64,000 nucleotides of DNA from Ostreococcus lucimarinus (taxonomy: Eukaryota). The first letter of the stretch is position 1, and every line of letters starts with the position of its first letter. The translations under genes were made by a program, and so were the position numbers. The notes beneath the pieces were generated by a model. The model did not search any database. It had not been told where the DNA came from and saw only the letters and a list, made by a program, of their open reading frames with translations. Shown piece after piece: positions 39,155-48,500 of the stretch. The stretch lies in the NCBI GenBank assembly GCA_000092065.1, contig CP000593.1, one strand, 5' to 3'.

Positions 39155-41215
39155 TTACATCGAAGCAGCGCCGAGGGCTCGCGTGATCGCGAACGCGCGC
39201 GCGTTCGTTCGTGTAAATGTGCGACGGATAGGGCGCGCGCGCGAGGACGCGCGGTGCGCGATGGCGACGGCGCGAGTGGAGACTTTGCGAGGCCAATCCG
39301 AGCTCGCCGGCGGCGCGTCCACGGCGCCCGTATCGCCGTCGTCGTCGTCTTCGTCGAGGGACTCTACACGCTGGGAAAGCGACACCCGACGCGCGGTGGA
39401 CTCCGGACCTCCGTAGATTTCTTTCGTCTTCGTCGGTTCGAGCGTTGACGGTTCGAGGTCCTCGTCGGCGGCGGCGGCGGCGGCTCGATTGGATTTGGGT
39501 TTCGGCTCGCCGCCGTCTCGTTTCCACACGCCCTTGCGCTGCGTCATTTCGGGATTGATTCGATCCAGCAGCGCTTGTACGGCGCTCATGCTCATTCCGC
39601 ACTCTTCGCACGCGCGCACGATGGCGGTGCGGTTCGCACCCTTGAGTTTGAGCCCGCTCGCGAGCATTAACTTCGCCACCTCGGCAATACCGTTGATGTC
39701 TTCCAGTTGGCCGTATCCCCACGCGAAATGAGCGAACGTACGCTCGTTCGGGCGCAAGCCCGCGTCGAACATGCGCTCGAGTACGTCGCGCGCGCGCGAC
39801 ATGTTACCAATCGTACAATGTGCGGCGACGACGGCGCTGTAAATAGCCACCGACGGAGCCACCTTTGCCTCGGCGAGTCGATCCAAAACCGCCTCAGCGC
39901 CGTCGGAATCGCGCGCGCGCGCGTACGCCTTTACCAACGTCCCGTAAGCTGTGACGTCTGGCGCGACTTCCTTGCGATGCATGCGATTGAAGATTCGCTC
40001 GCACGCGTCGACTTGGCCTTGATTCGCCCAATAATCTAAAAACAACGTGTACGTCACGTTGTCTGGTTTGATCCCCAACGACTCCATATCCCACGTTCCA
40101 CTCGATTCGAGCTCGCGAAACAGCCCTTCCGCAGCGCGCATGTTTTCTTGCTTGAGGTATCCGTCTATGAGCATGTTAAACAGCGGCAGTGAGGGCGCGA
40201 TGCGCTCCCATTGCATCTGTTGTAAAAGCTTGCGCGCGGCGAGCATGTTTCCGCGACGCGTCCACGCGTCGATGAGTAACCCGTATGACGCCGCGCTCGG
40301 CTTCGACACTCGCCCACCGCGGTCACTCTGTCGCTCCAAGTCGAACTTTTCGTTGTTCCATCGTCTGAGCACTTCCTCGGCGTCCTCGAGATCGTCCCGC
40401 TCGCACAAGCCTCGCAAAAACGCGTTATACGCGCGTTCGTCTGGGATTATTCCATGCTCGCTCGACATTCGTCTGATCAACCTATACACTCTATTTGCCT
40501 CTCCACGCTTCGCGTACGTGTATATGATCTCCGGATGCGTCGCCCCGTTCACGCCCACGCCGTCTTCGCCGACCATTCTATCCACGATTTTCTCCGCCCC
40601 CGCCGGGTCTCCGCCGGCGCAAAACGCGTGCGCCACGGCGTTCCACACCGCCACATCGACGTCATCGCCATACTCCTCGATCATCGGCAACACATCGTCC
40701 AAAGCCTCTTTCGCGCGTCCCATCGCGCCTAGCGTGCTAATCACCGCCGTAAACGTCTTCGCCGTCGGCCTGTGTCCGTCTCGTATCAGCGCCAGCGTCG
40801 CCCCGACCGGATCCGCGTCCGCGCGCGCCCTCGACCCTCGCCCGCCGCCCTCGACGTCCGACGCGTATTTACTCTTCGTCTTTTTCGCCTTTTTCCGTTC
40901 GTTATACCGCCGTTTCGCTCGCATCCCGCTCACCGCGCTCGTCGCTCGGTGCACGGCGAAGCACGAGCTCCCGCGCGCGCACTTCGCGCACTTAAACCGC
41001 GCGTCCACCGTGATCTCGCGTTCGGTGCCGTCGTTCATCGTCATGATCTCCCGTCGAACGTTCGCCCGCGTCGCCGGGCGCAGCGACGCCGCCCGCGCCG
41101 CTTCGGCATCCGCCGACGTCGACGCGCGCGCGTCTTCATCGCGCGATTGCGCCTCCCCGCGCGCCGCGTTCGACGCGCGCGCGCGCGCGTCGCGCTCCGC
41201 GCGCACCCACCGCAT
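39155..41215 (-). CDS. Pentatricopeptide repeat (PPR) protein no. 2, about 686 aa.
   Basis: Tandem PPR-like units (AVWNAVAHAFCAGGDPAGAEKIVDRMVGE…, ERAYNAFLRGLCERDDLEDAEEVLRRW…, VTYTLFLDYWANQGQVDACERIFNRMHRKEVAPDVTAYGTLVKAYARARDSDGAEAVLDRLAEAKVAPSVAIYSAVVAAHCTIGNMSRARDVLERMFDAGLRPNERTF). The TAA stop overlaps a TGTAA. Confidence 0.75.
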   Translation of the reverse strand: MRWVRAERDARARASNAARGEAQSRDEDARASTSADAEAARAASLRPATRANVRREIMTMNDGTEREITVDARFKCAKCARGSSCFAVHRATSAVSGMRAKRRYNERKKAKKTKSKYASDVEGGGRGSRARADADPVGATLALIRDGHRPTAKTFTAVISTLGAMGRAKEALDDVLPMIEEYGDDVDVAVWNAVAHAFCAGGDPAGAEKIVDRMVGEDGVGVNGATHPEIIYTYAKRGEANRVYRLIRRMSSEHGIIPDERAYNAFLRGLCERDDLEDAEEVLRRWNNEKFDLERQSDRGGRVSKPSAASYGLLIDAWTRRGNMLAARKLLQQMQWERIAPSLPLFNMLIDGYLKQENMRAAEGLFRELESSGTWDMESLGIKPDNVTYTLFLDYWANQGQVDACERIFNRMHRKEVAPDVTAYGTLVKAYARARDSDGAEAVLDRLAEAKVAPSVAIYSAVVAAHCTIGNMSRARDVLERMFDAGLRPNERTFAHFAWGYGQLEDINGIAEVAKLMLASGLKLKGANRTAIVRACEECGMSMSAVQALLDRINPEMTQRKGVWKRDGGEPKPKSNRAAAAAADEDLEPSTLEPTKTKEIYGGPESTARRVSLSQRVESLDEDDDDGDTGAVDAPPASSDWPRKVSTRAVAIAHRASSRARPIRRTFTRTNARAFAITRALGAASM

Positions 41216-41265
41216 GTCGCCGCCCGCGCGCGTCGCTCGCGCGCGCGCGTCGCCGTCGCGCGCGC

Positions 41266-43170
41266 GTGAGTGCGACCGGGACGGATAAGAGTCGCGGCGA
41301 CGCCGCGCCGCGCGTCAATTCGCGACGCGCGATCGCGCGCTCGACGCGCGTCGCCGCGAACATGCGCGTCGCGCCCGCGCGCGCGCCGGCGCGCGTCGTC
41401 GCGCGCGACGCGCGACGCGCGCGACGGACGAAGGCGCGACGCGCGCTCGAGAGGGGGCGTTCGGAAAGCGGTTTCGACGCGCGCGCGACGCGACGCGCGA
41501 CGATCGGCGACGACGCGGCGCGCGCGCGCGTTGAAGACGCGATGCGCGCGGCGCGCGCGACGCGCGCATCGCGATGGCTCGACGCTTGGAACGCGCGGGA
41601 CGGGTCGAGCGCGACGACGCGCGGGACGAGGACGCGCGCGAGCGACGCGCGAACGACGAGCGTTCGGGACGAGGACGTCGAAGCGATGGAGGGCGAGGAC
41701 GCGTCCGCGGTGGTGGTGGATGATGGTGCGAACGGTGACGCCGGCGCGAGCGAGGCGTCGACGAGCGAGTCGGTGGACGAGGACGCGGAGGGACGAGAGG
41801 CGAAGAAGTCGACGGCGGACCGCGGGCTCGGACAAAGGCGAGCGTTGAGCGCGGAGACGCGGTCGCGACCGTTTGTGCCGTTGAAGGGTGAAGTTCTACA
41901 CATAGCGTGGTATCGCGAGTACGATGAAACCGGGAAGTTCACGCGCGAGGAAGGGTTGGCGTATCGCGAGTGCATCGAGCAACTCTTGGCGCACTACACC
42001 ATGCCGAAGGAGCTCGTGGAAGAAACGCTCGACGGTATCGAACGCGGTTGGTCCGACGTCACGCTGAATCTTGGCTCTGGGTTCAACTTACGCATGCAAA
42101 GGCACACGGAATTCGAGACGATCACGCTGAGCGGTCCGGGGAACATGAAGGCGTCGCTCGGAACGCGCATCACGCCGTGGCAGTGGTTGTTACCGCACGA
42201 TTGGTTGGCTGACATTCCGGGCAAGGTTTTCTTGGTGAATCACGCGGTATTTAGACAGCTTTCGCAGCCATCGCGAAGCGAAGAGCCGACGCTGAAAGAA
42301 TTGAACGCCATTCGCAAAGCGCTCGGATCGACGCTGTACGAGGACAAGGTCAACGCGTCGATGGACGAGGAAGACGCGGTATTGGAATGGGACGCCGGCT
42401 CGCTCGTGGGATGTGGCATAGGCGATGGGAGTCGCATGTTTGCCAACTATGAGCTCGATGATTCGGGCGCGATGACCACGCTCGTGGTCGTGCCCCCGGG
42501 AGACAGCACGTTTATTCGCGCGGGGCGACAGTTGCAACGCTTCTTCGCCCTCGAGCAATATCGACTCATGATTCTGCAACGTTTACCCATGGCCAAGTCC
42601 AAGTTCCCACTTCTAGCCGGCTTGAACGAGCGGTACGAAACGCTATCGCGCGAGCTGCGCCGATCGAAAGCCACTGCGCGCGGGCACAAAGACCAGCAAG
42701 AGTTTGTGACGCAAATCACCGAACTCGAGCAAGCCATCACGCAGCTCGTGACGCGAACGAAGCTCGTCGCCCTCACGACGGCGTCGTATCTCGAGATCAT
42801 CGAGCTTCGCCTAGCAGAAGCCAGTTTCACGCGTCTCGGGTACGAGATTCGCTTCTTACCGCTCTTCGTCAAGAAGCGCATCGACCCGGCGGTGAGCACC
42901 ATCTACGCCGTCGCCGAGCAAGCGAAAATTCTCAGCGACGCCCTCGAGCGCACCACTTCCCTCGTCCAAGCATCCGTGGAAGTGCGCTTACAGCGCATCA
43001 ACGAACGCATCGCGACGTACGGTCTTCTGTTCACCATAGTCAGCGTCCTCGTGAGTTTCACGACGAGCATTCAGCCAAACGGTTCGCTGCACTGGCTCTT
43101 CGTCCTCGTCAAGGCGAAATTCTTTTCGTGCGTGGCTTTCGGCGCCAAGCTCTGCGCCTCGGGGCCGTGA
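41266..43170 (+). CDS. Hypothetical conserved membrane protein with two C-terminal transmembrane helices (start uncertain; the N-terminal ~190 aa is Arg/Ala-rich).
   Basis: Protein-like from …FVPLKGEVLHIAWYREYDETGKFTREEGLAYRECIEQLLAHYTMPKELVEETLDGIERGWSDVTLNLGSGFNLRMQRHTEFETITLSGPGNMKASLGTRITPWQWLLPHDWLADIPGKVFLVNHAVF… to the C-terminal hydrophobic pair (YGLLFTIVSVLVSFTTSIQPNGSLHWLFVLV). Family not confidently recognised. Confidence 0.5.
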   Translation: MSATGTDKSRGDAAPRVNSRRAIARSTRVAANMRVAPARAPARVVARDARRARRTKARRALERGRSESGFDARATRRATIGDDAARARVEDAMRAARATRASRWLDAWNARDGSSATTRGTRTRASDARTTSVRDEDVEAMEGEDASAVVVDDGANGDAGASEASTSESVDEDAEGREAKKSTADRGLGQRRALSAETRSRPFVPLKGEVLHIAWYREYDETGKFTREEGLAYRECIEQLLAHYTMPKELVEETLDGIERGWSDVTLNLGSGFNLRMQRHTEFETITLSGPGNMKASLGTRITPWQWLLPHDWLADIPGKVFLVNHAVFRQLSQPSRSEEPTLKELNAIRKALGSTLYEDKVNASMDEEDAVLEWDAGSLVGCGIGDGSRMFANYELDDSGAMTTLVVVPPGDSTFIRAGRQLQRFFALEQYRLMILQRLPMAKSKFPLLAGLNERYETLSRELRRSKATARGHKDQQEFVTQITELEQAITQLVTRTKLVALTTASYLEIIELRLAEASFTRLGYEIRFLPLFVKKRIDPAVSTIYAVAEQAKILSDALERTTSLVQASVEVRLQRINERIATYGLLFTIVSVLVSFTTSIQPNGSLHWLFVLVKAKFFSCVAFGAKLCASGP

Positions 43171-43310
43171 TCGCGATCGCGCGCATCAATGTTCATCATC
43201 GCGACGTCGGCCCGCGTCGGCGTCGACGCTAATCATGTAAAACGAATTAAAATTTTGCGACCCTCGACGCGACGCGACGCACAGTCTGTCCACGCGCCGC
43301 ACACTTTTCA

Positions 43311-43967
43311 GTGGCGCGTCGCCACCGCCGCACTCCGCGACGCTCGCCCCGAAAAGTCGCGCGCGCGAAAATGTACACCGCCGTGCGCTCGTGCGCGCTC
43401 GGGTCGGCGTGTCCGTTCCGTCGAAAAGACGCGGCGGCGGCGTCGAGTTCGTCGACGTCGACTCCGCCACCGAACGAACAGCGACGTCGAGCGGTGCGAT
43501 CGAGCGCGGTGGAGGCGCCGAAAGCGAACGATAACGTCATGGTGCCCGTGAGTGAGGCTCTTGAGCGCGCGAAGGCGACGCGAGACGCGCGAGGAGGACG
43601 CGTGGAGGGAAGAAGCGCGTTCGACGCGCTGGCGTTCTCGGGTTGGGCGCCCGAGACGGTAAACGGACGAGCGGCGCAGATTGGGATCGTGTGCGGACTG
43701 TGGCGGCAGTACACCACGGGAACGGGGTTCGTGACGCAAGCGCACGATCACGTGTTGTTGTTCGCGGCGGTGTTGGCGGTGGTCGCCGCGGCGTCGGCGG
43801 CGCCGAGCTTTTTGGGGAAGACGTACGGCGGCGATCCCAAAAGTAAGAAGGATGTCGGAATCTTCACCGCGCGTAAGGAGATGATTCATGGACGATTAGC
43901 GATGTTAGCCATCGCTTACGAGGTGTACGCGGAGTTGTCCGCGAGAGGCGTGACGGCGCCGTTTTAG
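43311..43967 (+). CDS. Light-harvesting-like two-helix chlorophyll-binding protein (SEP/LIL/ELIP family) with a plastid transit-peptide-like N-terminus.
   Basis: Two Lhc-type helices carrying the E-x-x-N/H-G-R motif: GWAPETVNGRAAQIGIVCGL and KEMIHGRLAMLAIAYEVYAEL. Ser/Ala/Arg-rich N-terminus. Confidence 0.7.
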   Translation: MARRHRRTPRRSPRKVARAKMYTAVRSCALGSACPFRRKDAAAASSSSTSTPPPNEQRRRAVRSSAVEAPKANDNVMVPVSEALERAKATRDARGGRVEGRSAFDALAFSGWAPETVNGRAAQIGIVCGLWRQYTTGTGFVTQAHDHVLLFAAVLAVVAAASAAPSFLGKTYGGDPKSKKDVGIFTARKEMIHGRLAMLAIAYEVYAELSARGVTAPF

Positions 43968-44013
43968 ACCATGTATTTTTTACGCACAAAGCATTTCTTA
44001 ACTTTGCCCTCGT

Positions 44014-44018
44014 TTACA
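44014..44018 (-). promoter_or_regulatory. Candidate poly(A) signal TGTAA (minus strand), about 20 nt downstream of the TLC-domain gene stop.
   Basis: Plus-strand TTACA at 44014-44018 (minus sense GGTTGTAAACGAGG). Confidence 0.3.
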
Positions 44019-44038
44019 ACCTGTTTGCTACGCGAGAA

Positions 44039-44932
44039 CTAATCTTGTTTCAGCACGTCCTCGCCCGTGATTAAGAATTTCGCCGCTCCGACGACGATTT
44101 GTTGCGCCCAATACAAGTTTAAGAGCGACGGAATGGGAAGCGTCAAAAGCGCGGCGTAGTATTGTGGCGTCGTCAATACTCCCCAATCCGAGTTCATGTA
44201 CGCCGCGAAAAGTCGCGGTATGACAACCACGCGGACGCCCAAAAACAATGGAATCCACGCCAAGCCGTTGATCAAATACAGTTTCGTGTTGGACATGTTT
44301 AGAGCCGCTAAAATCCATCGAAGCGACATGTTAAAATTCGTCACCTCGCTCACGAGAAAATAGTTTATGTGATACGCGCACAAGTGTCGCATCAGCGCGT
44401 ACGGCCACAGCACGATGGAAAACACGTGATGCACGATGAACAAGTACAGCGCGCCTTTCCCTCCATACGCCACGACTTGATCGTCCCAACGCGCTAAAAT
44501 CACTCCCAAGTCCCACGTCATGTAACCGATCGACAACCCACACGCCTTCGACGTCAGCGCGCTCACATCGCTCACGAACGAATCGCTCTTCCCCGAAAAT
44601 GTCGCGATCGCCGGCAGCGCGTACGCCGTGACCGCGAACGCGGGCCAAAACGTGCACAAATTCGTGTGCCAAGTCGTTCGCTCGTGCGGCTTCATCGCGT
44701 CGAAACGCTTCGCCCCGACGACTCTGCGGCTGAAACACAGGGACACGAGCATGATGAACGCGTTACACGCGATGGACATGAAGTAGTACGTGAATAGCGC
44801 GCGAGCGACGTCGTGCGCGGGGTTTCCGGTGACGACTTTCGCGGTCCACTCGCCCAGGGGCGCGAGGAACGGTTCCAGCGTCGCGAACGCGTCGTGCGCG
44901 CGCGCGAGGGCGGGGGGGATGGCCACCATCAT
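44039..44932 (-). CDS. TLC (TRAM/LAG1/CLN8) domain multi-pass membrane protein (TMEM56/ceramide-synthase-like fold, no homeobox).
   Basis: 297 aa and about 6 TM helices. Lag1-like motif region (YLFIVHHVFSIVLWPYALM…YFLVSEVTNF) and a conserved W/H/D pattern. Confidence 0.65.
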   Translation of the reverse strand: MMVAIPPALARAHDAFATLEPFLAPLGEWTAKVVTGNPAHDVARALFTYYFMSIACNAFIMLVSLCFSRRVVGAKRFDAMKPHERTTWHTNLCTFWPAFAVTAYALPAIATFSGKSDSFVSDVSALTSKACGLSIGYMTWDLGVILARWDDQVVAYGGKGALYLFIVHHVFSIVLWPYALMRHLCAYHINYFLVSEVTNFNMSLRWILAALNMSNTKLYLINGLAWIPLFLGVRVVVIPRLFAAYMNSDWGVLTTPQYYAALLTLPIPSLLNLYWAQQIVVGAAKFLITGEDVLKQD

Positions 44933-45162
44933 CGCGACCGTGATGCGTTCGCGTCGAGCGCGCGCCGTCGAGGGACGCGCGGAGTCGGTGTGTGAGGGAG
45001 GCGCCGCGGCGGACGCGCGAGACGCGAGTCAACGCCTCGGCGCGCGCTCGGGACGCCGACAGTTCGATGCGTGAACGGTAGACGCGTGGAGACGTCAGGA
45101 AGTGCCAAAACTGCTAGCGTCTTCGTGTGTTGTTGCAACAAGATGAGTGATGTGCTACGACT

Positions 45163-46284
45163 TTACTTCCCCAGCGCGGTGACCAAATCGAGCTTGGCCG
45201 ACGTCTTCTTGGTGAAATTTTCGAGGTGAGTCACGTGCTCAGCGACTTGGTTGGTGATCAAAAAGTTCTCCAAGCGACTCGGCGGTTGCGGAGCTTTGTA
45301 GTTGGGATCTTCTTCCGGAAGCAAGTCCTCCCCTGCGGCGCGTCGACGCGCGTTTTCTTGACGACGCTTGTGCAACCAGTGGGCGTGTTGCGACTGGTAC
45401 CGCTGCATGTTGCGCTGGTAATACGCCACACGCTGCTGCTCGTTCGCGAAATCCTCCATGCACTCGCCGAGCAACTTCATGTTCTCCTCCACGAACGGCG
45501 CCGTGCTCAAATCCAATCTCTCGTAATCGGTGTCGTTGAGCGTCACATCCTTGTCTCGCATCAACTCGCCCATCACCGCCGTGGCGAGCGCGCTATTCCT
45601 AATCGTCAGCGGCACCTCCACCACGACATCATTCCACTTCAACCCTTTCTCATGAATCTGTTCCACGGTCAACTCTCCGTTGCCATTCTTATACGCCTCG
45701 ATAAACTTTTCACTCAGTTTCAACGCCTTCAACGCGCACACGCCTTGCTCCGCGTACGTCGGATCGTACGCCACGCACACGCAGCGCTGCAAGCTCTCGG
45801 AGTAGGACAAAAACGTCGCGATGAGTTCCTCGTTATAAAACGTCCCGAGATACGTGCTCTGATACCATCCAACGATGTTCGAATCCACATTAATCTCTCG
45901 CAAGCACCGCATCATGTCGAGTTGATACGCCGCGCCCTCCTCCGCGGCGAACGAGCCGTCCGGATCGTACTGATCGTCCGCGGTCACCTTGGGAAACGGA
46001 AAGCACGCCGTCACGTCGAGGCTCGCGCCGATATCCAGCCCCAACAGCTGTCCGGTCGCGCTCCCGGGCGCGGCGTCGGCGCAATGTTTCATGATCTTGA
46101 GCGCGGCGCCGCCGTCGAGTTCGACGGCTTTTACCGGCGCCTTGGGCTCTTGCGGCTTCTTAGCGCCGTCGGACGCGGCCGCTTGGGTGGCAAAGCTCAT
46201 CGTTCGTGCGATTCGTCGAGCGATGCGCGATTGCAGACGACGCGGGCGTCGTTCGACGGCGAGTGACGCCAGCGTTAGGGTCAA
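45163..46284 (-). CDS. EIF3H: Eukaryotic translation initiation factor 3 subunit H (MPN/Mov34 domain).
   Basis: 373 aa. MPN core (…IVGWYQSTYLGTFYNEELIATFLSY…) and a C-terminal helical region (YQRNMQRYQSQHAHWLHKRRQENARRRAAGEDLLPEEDPNYKAPQPPSRLENFLITNQV…) align with eIF3h. Confidence 0.85.
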   Translation of the reverse strand: MTLTLASLAVERRPRRLQSRIARRIARTMSFATQAAASDGAKKPQEPKAPVKAVELDGGAALKIMKHCADAAPGSATGQLLGLDIGASLDVTACFPFPKVTADDQYDPDGSFAAEEGAAYQLDMMRCLREINVDSNIVGWYQSTYLGTFYNEELIATFLSYSESLQRCVCVAYDPTYAEQGVCALKALKLSEKFIEAYKNGNGELTVEQIHEKGLKWNDVVVEVPLTIRNSALATAVMGELMRDKDVTLNDTDYERLDLSTAPFVEENMKLLGECMEDFANEQQRVAYYQRNMQRYQSQHAHWLHKRRQENARRRAAGEDLLPEEDPNYKAPQPPSRLENFLITNQVAEHVTHLENFTKKTSAKLDLVTALGK

Positions 46285-46477
46285 ATTACGACGATACCGA
46301 CGTTAATGTCCAGGGTTAGGACGTCGTCGAGAGCGCGGTTCGGGGACGAAAACGTCTCGCCGCGCGCTCGTTCGATGGGAAACGCGACGCGATCGAAAGC
46401 GCGAGCCTAATGGTGGTGATGTGATGTAATAATGACGCGGCACTAGTATGACAAGGGTGTGAGAGACGCCATCGAAA

Positions 46478-47742
46478 TCAAAGACGTTCGGCGACGGCGT
46501 CGACGAATTGTTCGGTGGTTAAACCAGAGGGGCCGCTCAAATCGCGCGTGCCTTTGCCTTCGCGGAAGAGTTGGTGAATCACGGCGCGCATTTTAGCGGT
46601 AAACGCTAACGTACGCTCTTTGTCGACGTTGTGAACGTCGGCGGCGTGGTTCATGGCGCCGATTAAACCTTCAACCATGCCGAGAGGATTGAGAGAGGTC
46701 TCTTCGCCGCGCAGACGCGCTTCGTCCATGTCGGCGACGGTGCCGTGCGAGGCTTCAAATTCTTTGATAAGCGTACCGTTTTCATCGACGCCGACCAAGT
46801 TACTCGTGATGAAACCCGGGGACTTGTGGATCTGGGCTAACTCATCCGTCAAAACGTCGCCGTCGTAGTTGTGCGCCGCCATGCCGAATCCGCCTTGGCG
46901 CCATTGCACGAGCTTCATCGTCGCCGCGTCGGACAGTAAGTGCACGAGCTCGTCACCGGACTTCATCACCCCAGCGTCGACGAACTTGGACTTGTACTCT
47001 TCGTCGAAAACTTTCTTCATGATTTGCCAAAACGGCTCTTGCCATTTGAACACCGTCTTCTTCGTCACGACGTACGGCGTAATCTTCGCTTCGAGGCATC
47101 GACCGAAGAAGAAACGCGCGAGCTCGTGCACGTTATCGTACGGATTGTGGTACGTCACCACCGCCGCTTCGTTGTCGGTGATCGTGCGCGAATCGACCTC
47201 GACAGGTTTCCCCGCGTCTGGGCCTTCGCTCGGCGTAAACGTCGTGACCAAAGTCCCTTTGCCCACATTCTTGTACCCCGCCGCGTACTCCCCGCCCACG
47301 GCGTGTCGCTCGAAGAACACCGGTTTCTTATATCCCAATTCCACGCCATCGATGTGAATGGTGTCTCGAGAAATGGTAATCCCGTTCCATCCGCGTCGCA
47401 TCGCGCCGTTCGGCGACCCCCAGCTCTTTCGCAACCCCAATCGTTTCACTTGATCCGCCGTCGGCGTCACCGTCGGTTCCTTAAATATCGCCTTCACCGC
47501 CTTCCCGGCCTCGATCACGTCTCGCAGCACCTGATCTTCGGTATCGTCTCGATTCTTCGCTCGCAAATCAAACTCTCGCCACGCCGTCGTGTCCACGCGC
47601 GGCTCGATCCACTTCGCGCGAATCAAATCCATGACGTACGCCGTCATCTCCTCTCCCCGCACGTACACCATCGGCGCCGCCGTGATCTTCGACGCGTTCG
47701 CGCTCATCATCCGTCGCGCGCTCGCGCTCGCGCGCGTCGTCC

Positions 47743-47773
<31 letters not shown>

Positions 47774-47794
47774 GATCGTTTTCGCCATCGCCAT
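46478..47794 (-). CDS. IDH: NADP-dependent isocitrate dehydrogenase (eukaryotic IDH1/IDH2 type) with a short Thr-rich presequence.
   Basis: Near-canonical sequence (…KITAAPMVYVRGEEMTAYVMDLI…NGTIRNILGGTVFREPI-type region, …SNLVGVDENGTLIKEFEASHGTVADMDEARLRGEETSLNPLGMVEGLIGAMNHAA…). The track ORF extends 317 codons further upstream as Ser/Arg-rich junk. The ATG at 47794 (MAMAKTIAAATTTTTTTRTTRASASARRMMSANASK…) is the most plausible start. Confidence 0.9.
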
Positions 47795-48173
47795 TCTTTC
47801 GCCTCGCGCGTGCGTCTGCGTCGTCATCGCGCGTCTCGACGCCCGCGCGATCGCTCGCGCGACGTCACCGCGCATCGCTCGCGTCGCGCGTCGCTCGCGT
47901 CGCGCTCTCGCGCGCCGCGCGCGTCGGTCGTCGCGGGTAACCGAAAACACCCGCGTGTGTGGGGGCTCGGTCAAGCCCACACGGACCAATACGACCCCGC
48001 GCGCGCGCGACGACGCGCCGCCCGCAGACGCGCGCGCGAGGACGTCGCGCGAGCGCGGCGACGAATCGACGAGGGTTCGAGAGCGAACGTCGCGCGCGAC
48101 GCGTGGACGCGCGGACGTCTGGACGCGCGCGCACGGCGTGAACGGTCGAGATTGAGGCGGCGGCACGAACGAC

Positions 48174-48201
48174 CGACGACGACGACGACGACGACGACGA
48201 C
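48174..48201. repeat. (GAC)9 microsatellite, non-coding, between the IDH upstream region and the HECT gene.
   Basis: gacgacgacgacgacgacgacgacgac read directly. Confidence 0.85.
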
Positions 48202-48360
48202 GGCGCGGGACGCGAACGCGAGCGCGCGCGATGCGAGGGACGGCGTCGACGACGCGGGATTCCGCGGCGTGGACGGACGACGATGATGGACGCGGGAGCG
48301 ATGCGAGACGGGATGCGGTGCGTGCGAGCGCGAGGAAGGGTGGACGCGCGCGCCGAGAGA

Positions 48361-48450
48361 CGACATCGACGAGACGAGACGAGACGAGACGAGACGAGGG
48401 TGGAGACGAGACGAGACGAGGCGAGGGTGGAAACGAGGGTGGAGACGAGT
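48361..48450. repeat. Tandem short repeats (GACGA)n and (GAGGGTGGA)n-like in the 5' flank of the HECT E3 gene.
   Basis: gagacgagacgagacgagacgagacgagggtggagacgagacgagacgaggcgagggtggaaacgagggtggagacgag read directly. Confidence 0.8.
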
Positions 48451-48500
48451 TTGTATGACTGACGATACGGTGGTTTCGAACGAGGCAGAGCCCGGCGGTT

